Positions 36,532-48,140 of a stretch of 64,000 bases of DNA are shown piece after piece. The DNA is from Torpedo marmorata (taxonomy: Eukaryota): the NCBI GenBank assembly GCA_977017645.1, contig OZ360222.1, positions 179,614,001 to 179,678,000 of the forward strand, read 5' to 3'. The notes below the pieces were generated by a model. It searched no databases, had not been told where the DNA came from, and saw only the letters and a list, made by a program, of their open reading frames with translations. A program made the position numbers and the translations under genes. Each line of letters begins with the position of its first letter. Positions within the stretch are counted from its first letter, which is position 1.

Positions 36532-36783
36532 TGTGGTGAACCACTGTGTTTGTATTTGTGGTGTATATAGGTATTACAGGCCGGACTGATGTCTACTCCC
36601 TCCCCTCCCTTGGGTGTCCAGGTAATCCCTCCCCTTTCCTCACCTGAATAAAGGCCACTGTATCTCGGCCACCCCTCCAGTCCGGATCTGATCGAGTAGG
36701 AAGCACGGCTTCATTCTTAGTTAATAAAGGCCTATGATTCACTCGCTCTCACAGTCTTTGAGTGGTTATTGATAGGCCTATCA
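36532..36783 (+). repeat. 3' LTR of Gypsy B
   Basis: TG...CA, preceded by the PPT and followed by the TSD. Confidence 0.96.
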
Positions 36784-36919
36784 CAAGATATATCTGAAAG
36801 TCTCAGAATTCAAACAATGGGGGAGGAATCCAGACCAACAAAAGGTGTTAATTGGATATGATAAGGGACTAGGTAGGAATTTATCATGTTTGTGCGAAAG
36901 GAGATGGAATGGAGAGACA

Positions 36920-37777
36920 TAGCCCCTTTCACACCGCCAACCCTCCTAGGAAGCGGGTAAACTTACTGGGTATGCTGCACCCGGGGAGCCTTTCCCACTG
37001 CACCATGATTTACCTGGTTCATCGGGAACCTGGGATTTTAAGGGGGGTCCCATCTCCAGCGGTGATGTCACGAGTGACGTATTACGTAATCGCAGGGCAG
37101 TGAAATCGTAGCGGGATTAAAGCACATACGCGCTCAATGTATAAAAGACCGTGGGAAAAACGCGCACTGTTTAATAAGACATAAACGCTTAATGTATAAA
37201 AGACCGTGGGAAAAAACACGCACAGTTTAATAAGACATACGCGCTCAATGTATAAAAGACCGTGGGAAAATCTACCGCAATGGGCTTCAGACTGTTCAAA
37301 CTTAGGACAAACCCACAGACCAGCTTGTCATTATTCTCTAAACAATAGAGTATAACAACAATTTACATAGCATTACATTGTATTAGGTATTAAAAGTAAT
37401 CTTGTGATGATTCAAAGCACAGGTACGCGCTAACAGCCCCGCCGGCTGCGCTCTGACAGCCACGCCGACTGCACAGTTATATTTCACAGCGCAGCCGGCC
37501 GCGCTCCGACAGTACCGCCAGCCGCGCTCTGACAGACTGACGCAAGCACGCAGGCACTAACGGTATCCGGTAATTCGAGTAGACCATTCACACCGCCAGA
37601 GTGATTAACGAGTTAACTCGGCCGGGCTCTCACACTTACCCCCACCCAGAGTCAGAGCCCGATTGATTTTTACTCGCCCTGCCCGGTTGGAACCTTTCAC
37701 ACCGCCAGATTACCCGCTCAAGACCCACTAATTTGGCCGGTTCAACCCACATGTACTTGGCGGTGTGAAAGGGGCTA
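36920..37777. mobile_element. Non-autonomous TIR DNA transposon (superfamily uncertain)
   Basis: Perfect 21-bp TIR tagcccctttcacaccgccaa / ttggcggtgtgaaaggggcta. TSD is either CA outside or the terminal TA. Internal cacaccgcca repeats and a ~57-bp tandem repeat at ~37124-37270. Confidence 0.9.
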
Positions 37778-39467
37778 CAGACATAGGGAAAGGCGACGGG
37801 GAGGGGGGGGGTTAACGAAAGCCAGAGAAGTCGATATTAATGCCATCTGGTTGGAGGGTGCCCAGTCGGAAGATGAGGTGTTGTTCCTCCAATTTACAGG
37901 TGGTCTCAGTCTGGCAGTACATGAGACCATGGACAGACATGTCGGCAAGGGAATGGGATGGAGAATTGAAATGGGTGGCCACTGGGAGATCCACGCTATT
38001 GCGGCAGACAGAGCTGAGGTGCTCAACAAAGCGATCTCCCAGTCTGCGTCCAGTCTCTCCGATGTAGAGGAAACTATAACGGGAGCACCGGATGTAGTAG
38101 ATGACCCCTGCAGATTCACAAGTGAAATGTTGCTTCACTTGGAAGGACTGTTTGGCGCCCCGAATTGTGGTGATAGAGGAGGTGTGGGCGCCAGTGGAGC
38201 ATCTCCTGCGGTCACAGGGGTAGGTCACAAGGGGACGATTGGTGGAGAGGGAGGAGTGGACAAGAAATCACGGAGGGAGCGATCCCTGCGGAAGGCAGAG
38301 AAGGGAGGAGAAGGGAATATGTGTCTAGTGCTGGGATCACGTAGTAGGTGGCGGAAATGGCGGAGGAGGATGTGTTGGATGCGGAGGCTGGTGGGGTGGT
38401 AGGTGAGGACAAGAGGAATCCTGTCCTTGTTGCGCGTGGGGGCGGAGGGGGCCAGGCAGATGTTCGGGTAATGGAGGATATGCGGGTGGTTTTTACAAGA
38501 AAAATTTGACACATTTAATTAACAAAACAACTGGTATTTAATAAGTTACACTTTGAATCCATTGATCAGTGTTGGTTGCAGTGACAGTGAAAACATCAGG
38601 CAACAAACCCTGGTGCATTTGGCAAAAGGGAATACAATCAATTCATCTGCAAGTCTGCAAAGTAGGTAAATTAGATGGCACGAATTGCACTCATTACAAG
38701 AAAGAGTTTGGTTGGGGCAGGATGTTGGAGATGTTTTGGTGGAGGGACAATTGTGGAATATGAGCTTTTGCATGTGAGAAAACAATGGAAGAAAATTATT
38801 TCAGATGCGCCAGTCACCTGCTTGCCTCTGTACCATGAGGTGAGTGAGGATAAATTCATCTCGGATAATGAAATGTTTTATGCTTCCATCAAATTCCATC
38901 AGGGGAGAGGGCCTGCAGAGAATAGAACAAATTAGGCTCGGCTTGAAGAGGGATCCTATGAAGCAGTAATTGCTGCAGACTTTTTTATTCAGTTGTTCTG
39001 GTTTTTAATTAGCCACTGAGTCAAGCTAGTAGCATTACATTAGAATCATCAGATCACTCAGTGCTGGAGCTATTACAGTAGCAAAGCACTTGTCAGAATT
39101 ACAGAGGCATGCTCAATCGTTGCTCTATGTTACATTCTCAAAAGGACTTTATAAAGGGATGTCAGATGAAGAACAAATTGCACTTGACAATCCAGAGGAA
39201 GGGAAAGAAATTCAGATTTGACAGTTACTTTACAAACAGCTCTACTAACTCAGCCAGATGGTAAATTCTTTGCTTGATGTGGAACTGGTATCTTTTTGGA
39301 CTTGAAAAGCCCTGAGTTTACTCCTTGTCTTTCTACAATTAGCTATCAGTCACTGGGTGACCTGTTGCAATTAATTTCCAGTATTTTCCTCTGTCGGCCT
39401 CTTGCTGTGGTGGCAATCAGAAATCTATGGCCCTTTCTATCCGCCGACCACAGTTTCTCTGATCTGT

Positions 39468-40200
39468 CGTAAAAACACAATGCTGGAGAAACTCAGCAGG
39501 TCAAGCAGTGTCCTTTATATAGCAAAGGTAAAAATACATAACCAATGTTTCGGGCTTGAGCCCTTCATCAAGGTATGGAAAAGTGTCGGCTGGGGTCCAA
39601 ACAAAAGAGTAGTGGGGGGGAGGTGTGGTCACAAAGGCAGGAGGTGATAGGTGGAGAAGGGAGGGAGGAGACAGCAGCGATCAAGGGGAGGAGGGATGGC
39701 TGGGTGAATAGAGAGGGAAGGGGGAGGGGAGGAGAACTGGACAGGGGAAGGGAAGGGGGAGGGGGAAGAGGAGAGCAGGTTAGCAGAAACTGGAAAAGTC
39801 GATGTGAATGCCGTCTGGCTGGAGAGTGCCCAGACGGAAAATCAGGTGTTGTTCCTCCAATTTGCGGGTGGTCTTGGTGGGATAGTACATAAGGCCATGG
39901 ACAGACTTGTGAGTTTGGGAGTGTGACACAGAACTGAAATGGTTGGCTACTGGGAGGTCTCTGTCACTGGAGCGGATGGAGCGAAGGTGCTCAGAGAAGC
40001 AATCTCCCAATCTGCGCCCAGTCTCTCCGATGTAGAGAAGGCCACAAAGGGACCACCGGATGCAGTAAATCAGTCCTGCGGATACACAAGTGAAGTGTTG
40101 CTTCACTTGAAAGGCCTGTTTGGGCCCCGGACTGTGGTGAGGGAGGACGTGTGGGTGCAAGTGTGGCACCTCCTGCGGCCACAGGGGAAGGTGCCAGGGG
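39468..40200 (-). mobile_element. Penelope-like element 3' part (GIY-YIG + UTR)
   Basis: ORF 39780..40205 LIYCIRWSLCGLLYIGETGRRLG...KLEEQHLIFRLGTLQP; hammerhead-like motif at 39541-39573. Confidence 0.92.
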
Positions 40201-40299
40201 GCCAAGCTGTAATTGACATTTACAGTACTACAAACCCACTGACTCGCACTGCTACCTTGACTTCACTTCCACCCGGCCTCCTGATTTGTAATTCGAATG

Positions 40300-40705
40300 C
40301 CCAGGTACACAGAGGTGGCAGAAGATGGCAGCCAGGTCCATCACAAGCTCTGACCTCCCATCCACTGAAGACCACTATGCCTCAAGAAGGCAGCCGACTC
40401 CCATCACGCTGGTCACAACCTCTTCTCACTGCTACCTTCAGGCTGAAGGTACAGAAGCCTGAAGACCAGCACCTCTTGGTTCGAGAACAGTTTCTTTCCA
40501 ACAGCTCTAAGGTTAGACTAGTCATGGACTGCTCCGACACCACAAAAGGACTCTCTGCACTATTACAAAGCCACTTTTTTTTCTTGCACTAGGATAACTG
40601 AATATTTAGCATCTATCTTTTGTATTTATTATCTCTTTTTAATTGAAATTATGTATACTATTGTAGTACCTGTTTGATTGCAGCAAGTAAGAATTTCGGT
40701 GCATA
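40300..40705 (+). mobile_element. Rex/Babar-like LINE 3' remnant
   Basis: Degenerate DSHHAGHNLFSLLPSG*RYRSLKTST in one frame; AT-rich UTR ending gcagcaagtaagaatttc. Confidence 0.7.
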
Positions 40706-40766
40706 AACTGCTAAAGAAATTAATCCAATCAGTTTCACTCTTCTTCTTGTTTGCTCACCATACAGC

Positions 40767-41022
40767 CAATGTTCCCTCTAATTTTTAGTAGTCAGTGTGC
40801 GTAAAAATCTTATGTTGTGCAAATTCTTTTCCTGTGACAAAAGTATTTGCGTTAGTTAACAGAAACAGTTAGCTTAGAGAATATTATCAATAAATATAAT
40901 TATTAATTACTACATTATTTTTGGTAACTAACTAACCTTTTGTGTACACATTAATTTCCTTTGTGCGCTGGTTGCGAAACATGTGTGCGCGCGCACACGC
41001 GCACAGCTTAGAGGGAACAGTG
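40767..41022. mobile_element. hAT-type MITE
   Basis: TIRs caatgttccctcta / tagagggaacagtg and 8-bp TSD catacagc (40759-40766 / 41023-41030). Confidence 0.9.
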
Positions 41023-41069
41023 CATACAGCTATCAACCTTGGTATCCCGTTGGGCCGATTCATCACTGG

Positions 41070-41815
41070 CTAGGGAGTGGGGAAGTGCAAATGGATCTGG
41101 GTGTACTTGTACACCGGTCACTGAAGGCTAAGATGCAGGTTCAGAAAGCTGTGAAGAAGGCAAATGGCATGTTGGCTTTCATAAAGAGGAGATTGGAGTA
41201 TAGGAGCAGAGACGCCCTTCTGCAGTTGTACAGGGCCCTGGTGAGACCCCACCTGGAGTATTGCGTCCAGTTCTGGTCTCCAAATTTGAGGAAGGACATA
41301 CTAGCTATAGAGGGTGTGCAGCGCAGATTTACAAGGTTAGTTCCAGGGATGGCAGGATTGACATATGCTGAAAGGTTAGAAAAACTGGACATATCCGATG
41401 GAGTTTAGAAGGATGAGGGGGGACATGATTGAGGTATACAAGATTATCAAGGGGATAGACAGGGTGAAGTCAGATTACTTGTTCCCAATGATGGGAGAGA
41501 CGAGGACTAGAGGGAATAGTTTAAGAATACAGGGAAGGCCCTTTAGGATGGAGATGAGGAAAAATTTTTTTACCCAGAGAAGTGTGAATCTGTGGAATGC
41601 TCTGCCACAGAGGGTGGTAGAGGCAGATTCGCTGATTATGTTCAAAAGGGAGTTAGATAAGACTCTAGTGGGCAGAGGAGTTAAGGGTTATGGGGATAAG
41701 GCTGGAAAGGGGTACTGATAGTAGTGATCAGCCATGATCTGTAAAATGGCGGTGCTGGCTCAACGGGCCGAAGGGCCTACTCCAGCTCCTATTGTCTATT
41801 GTCTATTGTCTATTG
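41070..41815 (+). mobile_element. 5'-truncated CR1
   Basis: DLGVLVH...LYRALVRPHLEYCVQFWSP...FFTQR.VNLWNALP and a (ctattgt)n tail. Confidence 0.93.
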
Positions 41816-42842
41816 GCTCCTCTCACCACCACCATTCAGATGCCCTCATTCATTCTTTTTCCATCATGGGATTTGATTTTTCCAGTGTCCTCCTTATTTG
41901 CTTCATCAGTTAGTACATTGGAGTGTTGGCCTTGATAATGTGCTCAAGTCATTTGAAGTGAACTTGCACCCACAACCATACACCTTCTGAATCAAGCTTT
42001 AAATGACCAGTTGAAGCACACTGCAAAATGCTGAGGTATACATAATTAACATATTTATAGACTGGATATTTTTTTATCTAATGCCTTCCCTCACCTCTAC
42101 AAACGTTAAACCTTGTATTGGGTTCTTTCTTTATTTCTCTATCACACAACATTTTCCTAAACCAACCTGGTCTTCCCACGTAAGAAAGCCTCTTAATAAT
42201 TTATCTCTCAGGCCCTACAGTGATCAAAGCTTCAGTGGAGAAGATGACAATTAGTTCCACAGTGCCTTGCTAGAGCTGGTTGTTCGACTAAAGCTACGTA
42301 CTTAGTGTGTTTTCATCCTCCACGCTGATACCTGCTGCTTGGTGATCAGCAGCCCGCTTGTGAAGGGCCTAGGGATATTTTGATTAAATGATGGTAGGCC
42401 CCATGTCAGTGCAGCTTGTAAAGCCCTAATGAACTGGTCAAATGTATCTCTGCAAAGCAAGCTCATTAGCGCCTTGTACGAGCAGCATTGTAAGTTTAAT
42501 GTATGACTTGCTATTTGCTGCAATCATGTTGACCAACCTTTATATTTTCCAACAGTAATTAAGTTGTACTTAGATTTAAATTGTGACTTAAATTTTTGCT
42601 CTAATTATGTTTAGGGCTGTTGGGATTGTGTAAATCAGGTTTGACATCTTACAAACTTTTACTATGTGCTAGCCAAATACTGTACTACCAATCTGTCTTA
42701 AAGATGCATCTCATTAACATCAAAAATTAATAACTAAACGCAGAGGTCTGAAGTAATATAATGCAAAGAATGAAGGCTGCCAATTATTTTTAAAAAGTCC
42801 TTCTTTACACCAAAAATTGACAGTTTACAAATATATATTTTT

Positions 42843-43098
42843 TAATTTAAATTTTTAAATTTCGACAGACAGCACGGTAACAGGCCCTTCCAGCCCACGA
42901 GCCGTGCCACCCAATTACACCCAATTAGCCTGTAACCCTGAAATGTTTTGAAGGGTGGGAGGAAACCGGAGCACCCAGAAGAAACCCACGCAGACACAGG
43001 GAGAACGTACAAACTCCTTACAGACAGCGTCGGATTCGAACCCCGGTCGCTGGCGCTGTAACAGTGTTGCGCTAACCGCTATGCTAACCATGCCGCCC
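42843..43098 (-). mobile_element. HE1/V-SINE-like SINE (well preserved)
   Basis: Minus strand gggcggcatggttagcatagcggttagcg (A-box) ... gggttcgaatcc (B-box), V-domain, CR1-type tail. Confidence 0.9.
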
Positions 43099-43289
43099 AA
43101 CATTGCCCAGCTTTTGCAGACAGAATAAATAAAAGTCAAAAACTTACTTTTAAAATTTATTCTCAGCTTGCCATACGTCAAAAGTTCTGCGTGCGTAGGA
43201 TTTGCTGATTATTCTAGTTTATAGCAATTTGCCACATATGTGTATTTATGTATTTGTCGGTGTTCTATAATACCTTGGCCAATGCAAAT

Positions 43290-43545
43290 GTAAGTGGTGA
43301 GAATTTAAAAAGGACCTGAGGGGCATCTTTTTCACTCAAAGGATGATGGGTTTATTGAACTAGCTGCCAGAGGGAGTGGTAGAGGGAGGTGCAATGTTTT
43401 CGAGATATGTAGACAGGTGCTTAGATAGGAAAGGTTCAGAGGGAAAAGGGCTAAATGCAGACAAATGGCACTAGCTCAGGTAGACAACTTGGTCAGCATG
43501 AACAAGTAGGGCAGAAGGTCCTGATTTCATGCTGTAAGACTTGGA
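43290..43545 (+). mobile_element. Old CR1 3' remnant
   Basis: atttaaaaaggacctgaggggcatctttttcactca...gctgccagagggagtggtagagg plus CR1 3' UTR. Confidence 0.7.
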
Positions 43546-43579
43546 TTCTGACTCGCTAGCTCTTTGAAGAACATAAGAG

Positions 43580-44170
43580 TAATACAAAGACTGCAAATGC
43601 TGGAATCTTGAGCAAACAAAGAATTTCTGGAGGAACTCAGAAGGTCAGACAGCATCCATGGTCACTCAACATCTCTGGTCCAGACCCTTTATTGAGACCA
43701 AAGTGAAAAAGGGGTGATATTGTGTAAATGGAAGGAACCTGGTGGACGTGCCAAGGCATTATTGGGTGCAGGACTGATGGTGTGAGAGATGGAGAGGAAG
43801 GTGGAGGGAGAGACCACTGGGATGGGAGGGGGGGGGGGTTGAGGAAAGAAAGTTAGAGGAAAAAAGTACAGGAAGAATAGGTAAAGAAGCGATGGAATTG
43901 GTGGAACCAGATTGGGGAGGGGGTGTTCGGGGAGAGGGGGTGGGGTTGGTTACCGAAAGTTGGAAGAATCAATGTTCATGCCATTAGGTTTAAGAATGTC
44001 AAGGAGGAATAGGATGTGTTGTTCCTCAAGTTTGTTTGGCCTCATTCTGACAATGAATGAGGCCAAGGTCCGATATCAGTGTAGGAATGAATTGGGGAGT
44101 TGTCATGGTTGGCTACAGGAAGTTCAAGGTTAGACCCACAAACACTCTAGGTGTTTGGCAAAGTGATCAC
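43580..44170 (-). mobile_element. Old Penelope-like 3' remnant
   Basis: Degenerate KLEEQHILFLLD.L.P.GMNIDSSNFR on the minus strand; UTR ctggaggaactcag motif. Confidence 0.7.
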
Positions 44171-44265
44171 CCCCATCTGGTCCCATTTTTGCCATCTCTT
44201 CTTTACCTACTTCTGTACTTTTTTGCTTCGCTGTCTAACTGCCTCCACCCCCCCCTCAGCAAATC

Positions 44266-47200
44266 TTTTTTTAACCAAAAAAATACTTTATTCACGATAA
44301 ATTATTTACAGAAGGAAAACCGTTCGAAGTCTCTTCCCACCCTTAGATTCATATCCATACATTTCCATCACTGTACATTGTTACATTAATTTCTATTTAC
44401 ACCATTGTGGTGCCTTGTTGTTACCCCCTCCCCCCCCCCCCCCCACTGAGGGGTCTCTCCTCAGTCTCAGTCCCTCAATGCCCGGTAACTGAAGGACTCC
44501 AGACTGTGGTCCTTCCGCACTATGCCCTCGCATTGGCTGCACCAAGCCTCGGTGCAACCTTCAGCACGTATTTCTGCAGCCTGGAATGCACCAATCGGCA
44601 GCATTCCTGCACTGACATCTCCATGTGCTGAAAGACCAACAGGTTTCGGGCAAACCAAAGGGTGTCTTTCTCCGAGTTGATGGTCTTCCAGCAGTTCTGG
44701 ATGTCCCCGGCAACAGGAGACGATGCTGCAGGAGATGAATCGTGACAAGGACCCTTGCATCCTTCTCCATACACTCTTAGTGAATCTACATTCTACAAAG
44801 AGGTGGGCGACTGTCTCCACTCTGCCACAATCATCTCAGGGACAACATGTGTTGTGGGTGATGTTCTGGTCGTACAGGAAGGATCTGACTGGGAGGGCTC
44901 CTCTCACCGCCAGCCAGGCCATGCCCTGGTGATGAGGCATTCCACCAGATGACCTGCATGGTCTGCTCAGGGAACCATCTCCCCATGTCCATCGTCTCTC
45001 AGTGTATGCAGGGCATTCCATGCTGACCACTGCCTGATGGACTTTTTTTCCACAAAGAATAGGTGGTGTGGCAAAATCCAACTGACTGGGACATTGCGCG
45101 GCAATGGGGCCAGGCCCATCTTTCGCAACACCTGGGGCAGGTAGAACCTCAGCACATAGCGGCACTTGGTGCCCTCGTACTTTGGTTCCATGCACAATCC
45201 GATGCAGCCACACGCGAAGGTGGTCATCAGGATAAGGGCCACGTTGGGTATGCCTTGCCCCGTTGTCAGGCGAATTGTACATTGTGACCCTTCGGACCCT
45301 TTCCACTTTGGATCCCCATATGAACCGGAAATCAGCTCTGGTGACGGCCAGTGCGGGGGTGCGGGGGATGGGCTACACCTGCTCCATGTACAGCAGTCCT
45401 GAGAGTACTTCTCATCTGATGATCAGGTTCTTCCCTGTTATTGAGAGGGAGCACCGCACCTACAGACCCAATTTCTGGTGGACCTTTGCGATCCACTTTG
45501 ACAAATTTGTGTTTCACGCCTGGCTCCTCCAAACCAGATCCCCAACACATTCAGGTAGTCAAATCTGACTGTGGGAAGGGGATGGTGGACCGGTCAGACC
45601 AGTTACTGAAGAGTATTGTCTCACTCTTCTTCCAGTTTACCCTGGTGCCCGATGCAGACTCAAAATTGGTCGTAGATGCTGATCGGTCTGAGGGCAGATC
45701 ATGTGTCTGAACAGAAGACGGTGACGTTGTCCATTGTTACATTCATTTACAGGGTGGCCTTGACCTGAGTGCCTCCACTGCCTGGCAATGTCACTCCTCT
45801 TATGCTCTCGTCCTTCCTGATGGATTCAGCAAAGGGCTCTATGCAGCACACAAATAAGACTGGAGAGTGTAGACAACCCTGCCTGACTCCAGACTTGTTG
45901 GGGAAGCTATCTGCTTCCCACCCACTGATTTGGACTGCGCTACGGATGTCCGTGTACAGCAGTTTAATCCAAATCCGGATTCCCTCCCCAAAGCCCAATT
46001 TGGAGAGTACGTCCATCATTTATGTGTGCGATATCCGGTCGAAAGCCTTCTCCTGGTCTAAGTTGACCAGGCAGGTGTCCACCCCTTTGTCCTGCATGTA
46101 GGCAATGGTATCTCTGAGCAGTGTGAGGCAGTCCGAGATCTTCCTGCCCGGAACCATGCAGGTTTGGTCTGGATGGATTACCTGCCCCAGGGCAGACTTG
46201 ACTTGATTGACGATGGCTTGGACAGGATTTTTTCGTCAACGTTTAACAATGATATGGGTCTCCGATTCTTGATATCCTCCTTCTCCCCTTCTGTTTGAAG
46301 ATGATGGTGATGATGCCCTTCCGCATGGAATGTGACATGCCTCCTGCCAGAAGTGTAGCATTGTATACTTCCAGCAAGTCCAAACCCACCCAGTCCCGCA
46401 GAGCCGTGAATAACTCAGCCGGAAAGCTGTCGCTTCCGGGAGTCTTACTTGACCCAAAGGAATGTATGGAATCTGTCAGCTCCTCCAGGGTAATTAGCTG
46501 GTCCAGTGTCTCCCGCTTGCTGTTGTGTAAGACCTCTGTGATAGAGGACAAGAAGTTTTGGGAGGTTATTTTGTCTGTAGCCTTAGTGTCGTACAGGCTG
46601 GCATAAAATAATCTGTTGATCCTCTGTATGCCTGTCTGTGAGGATGTGGCTGAGCTGTCTCCTCTTCCTTAAGGCTGTGGATAACAGAGCTCTCTCTGTC
46701 AATCTTTTGGAACAAGAAGCGTGAGCACGTCTACTGTGCGGACTCTGGATCGGAAGATGATCTTGGAGGACTCCAAGGTGAACAGCGTGCCTTGCCGGCT
46801 CCTCACCTCTTGGAGTTTCTCCCTCACATCCACTCTTTCGACTATCGAAGGAAGAGTTGCTGCAGGTCAGTCTGGAGTTGGCTCAGTTCCCTCTGTCTCT
46901 GTCTTGCTCTCTGAATACTTTTGAGGATAAAGAACCTCTTGATGTTCTCCTTGGTCACTTCCCACCAGTTCACTGATTTCGGGCTCAGGAACAGGGGGCG
47001 ATATTTCTCTGGGAGTGGGGTCTCCTCAGGCGAAGCTGGTGGTGTCGCTGGGGAGAGATCTGACTGTGCCCCTGCTCTTCCATCTTCGGCTGGCTTGTAT
47101 TCTCCTTCTCCCGGAGCTGGGGGTCGCTGGGTGCTGTACATCCCAACATCGGGCTTATTTGTAACCCGTTGTCCTTTATTTCCCCTCCATCTTGGCGCTT

Positions 47201-48140
47201 CCTCTGTCTTCATCCAGCACTCGTGCTGGCTTTATCTTCAGACAATGAGAGGTTGCAGCTTCTGTTTGTGCCTTGACCTTTCTCTTCCCCCTGCTTGCAG
47301 TGTCGGTTGCCAGTTTTTACCGTGGGGCTTTTTGGGTTTTCTTTCCTTTCCTCACTGTCTGCCATTTTTCCTTCACAGCTCCATCCGCCATCGACTCTGC
47401 CTCCTCAGGAGGGGCATCAGGCCTCGTGGCTGGAGTTTGAGAGATAGAGTAGGATGTGCTTGGGGTCTCCTCACTCCCCAGTCTCAGTCTCTGCTGGGGT
47501 GTCTGTTGCAATCGAGGTTGAGGGGGTGTTGACCTCGCTGGGAGTGGTGATGTTGGCCGTTTGCTCTCTTATTGCCTGTGCATAGGTGGCTACCCGTTTT
47601 GGCCTGCTTCCCCACACAAGTTGCAGCACTTGCTCTCTACACAGTCCTTGGTCTGGTGGCCTTCCTGCTTGCAGTTCTTGCAGACGACCAGGTTTGTTGC
47701 AGTTCCTGCACACCCTGGGCTGTCCAGCAGAGACCAAGTCCCCACAGTTCCCTCCAATGGTGAACACCAAGAGAGGATGGATGAGGCCCCTTTGCTGTCC
47801 TCTCTCAGCTTCACCTTCACTTGCTGTTTGCTGGTCCAGATTCCGAACGTGTCTTTGATGTCCACGCAGGTCCCTGTCCCCTTGAAATAATGGCCAAGGA
47901 AGGTGAGCACGTCCATGACTGGCACATGTGGGTTGAGCATGTGCACCGTTATCACTCATTCTTTCTGCATTGGAAGGGTGAAGAGTGGTTGTTCCTGGAA
48001 GTCCCAGGGCATCCTCTACCATCCCGCCTGGGCCTTGAAAGTCACGTCAAAGTGACTGTTATCCATGATGTCCTGGAGGCAGTAGATGTCTATCAGCAAA
48101 TCAATGAACAAGGAAATGGGGCCAAGGATAGATCCTTGGA
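44266..48140 (-). mobile_element. Tx1-like (L1 clade) LINE, degraded, endonuclease region deleted
   Basis: ORF1 remnants with knuckles (CKNCKQEGHQTKDC, CNLCGE); ORF2 pieces KTPGSD..PAE, SGVRQGC..SPVLF...IEPF, ETVAHLFVEC. ORF1 tail joins directly to WWEVTKENIK near 46975. AATAAA near 44290. Confidence 0.88.

Larger units (their letters stand above)
32186..36783 (+). mobile_element. Ty3/Gypsy LTR retrotransposon B (full length, related to A)
   Basis: 252-bp LTRs 32186-32437 and 36532-36783 (2 differences seen), TG...CA ends, 5-bp TSD caaga (32181-32185 / 36784-36788), PPT aaaaaggaggggtgaa. Confidence 0.98.
32035..38490 (-). mobile_element. Penelope-like element split by Gypsy B and a TIR transposon (pieces ~32035-32185, 36789-36919, 37778-38490)
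   Basis: GIY-YIG (VIYYIRCS...LYIGETGRRLGDRFVEH, ORF 37812..38228), RIPLVLTYHP, and a 3' UTR with a hammerhead-like motif at ~32128-32158. Confidence 0.88.

Noticed and set aside
37124-37270. CRISPR-like array
   Set aside because: Plain tandem repeat with no unique spacers, no cas genes and a eukaryotic context.
42843-43098. tRNA gene (A/B boxes)
   Set aside because: It is the tRNA-derived head of a SINE, followed by a V-domain and LINE tail, and repeated elsewhere in the window.
46921-47532. 203-aa plus-strand ORF
   Set aside because: Antisense shadow of the Tx1 ORF1/ORF2 junction.
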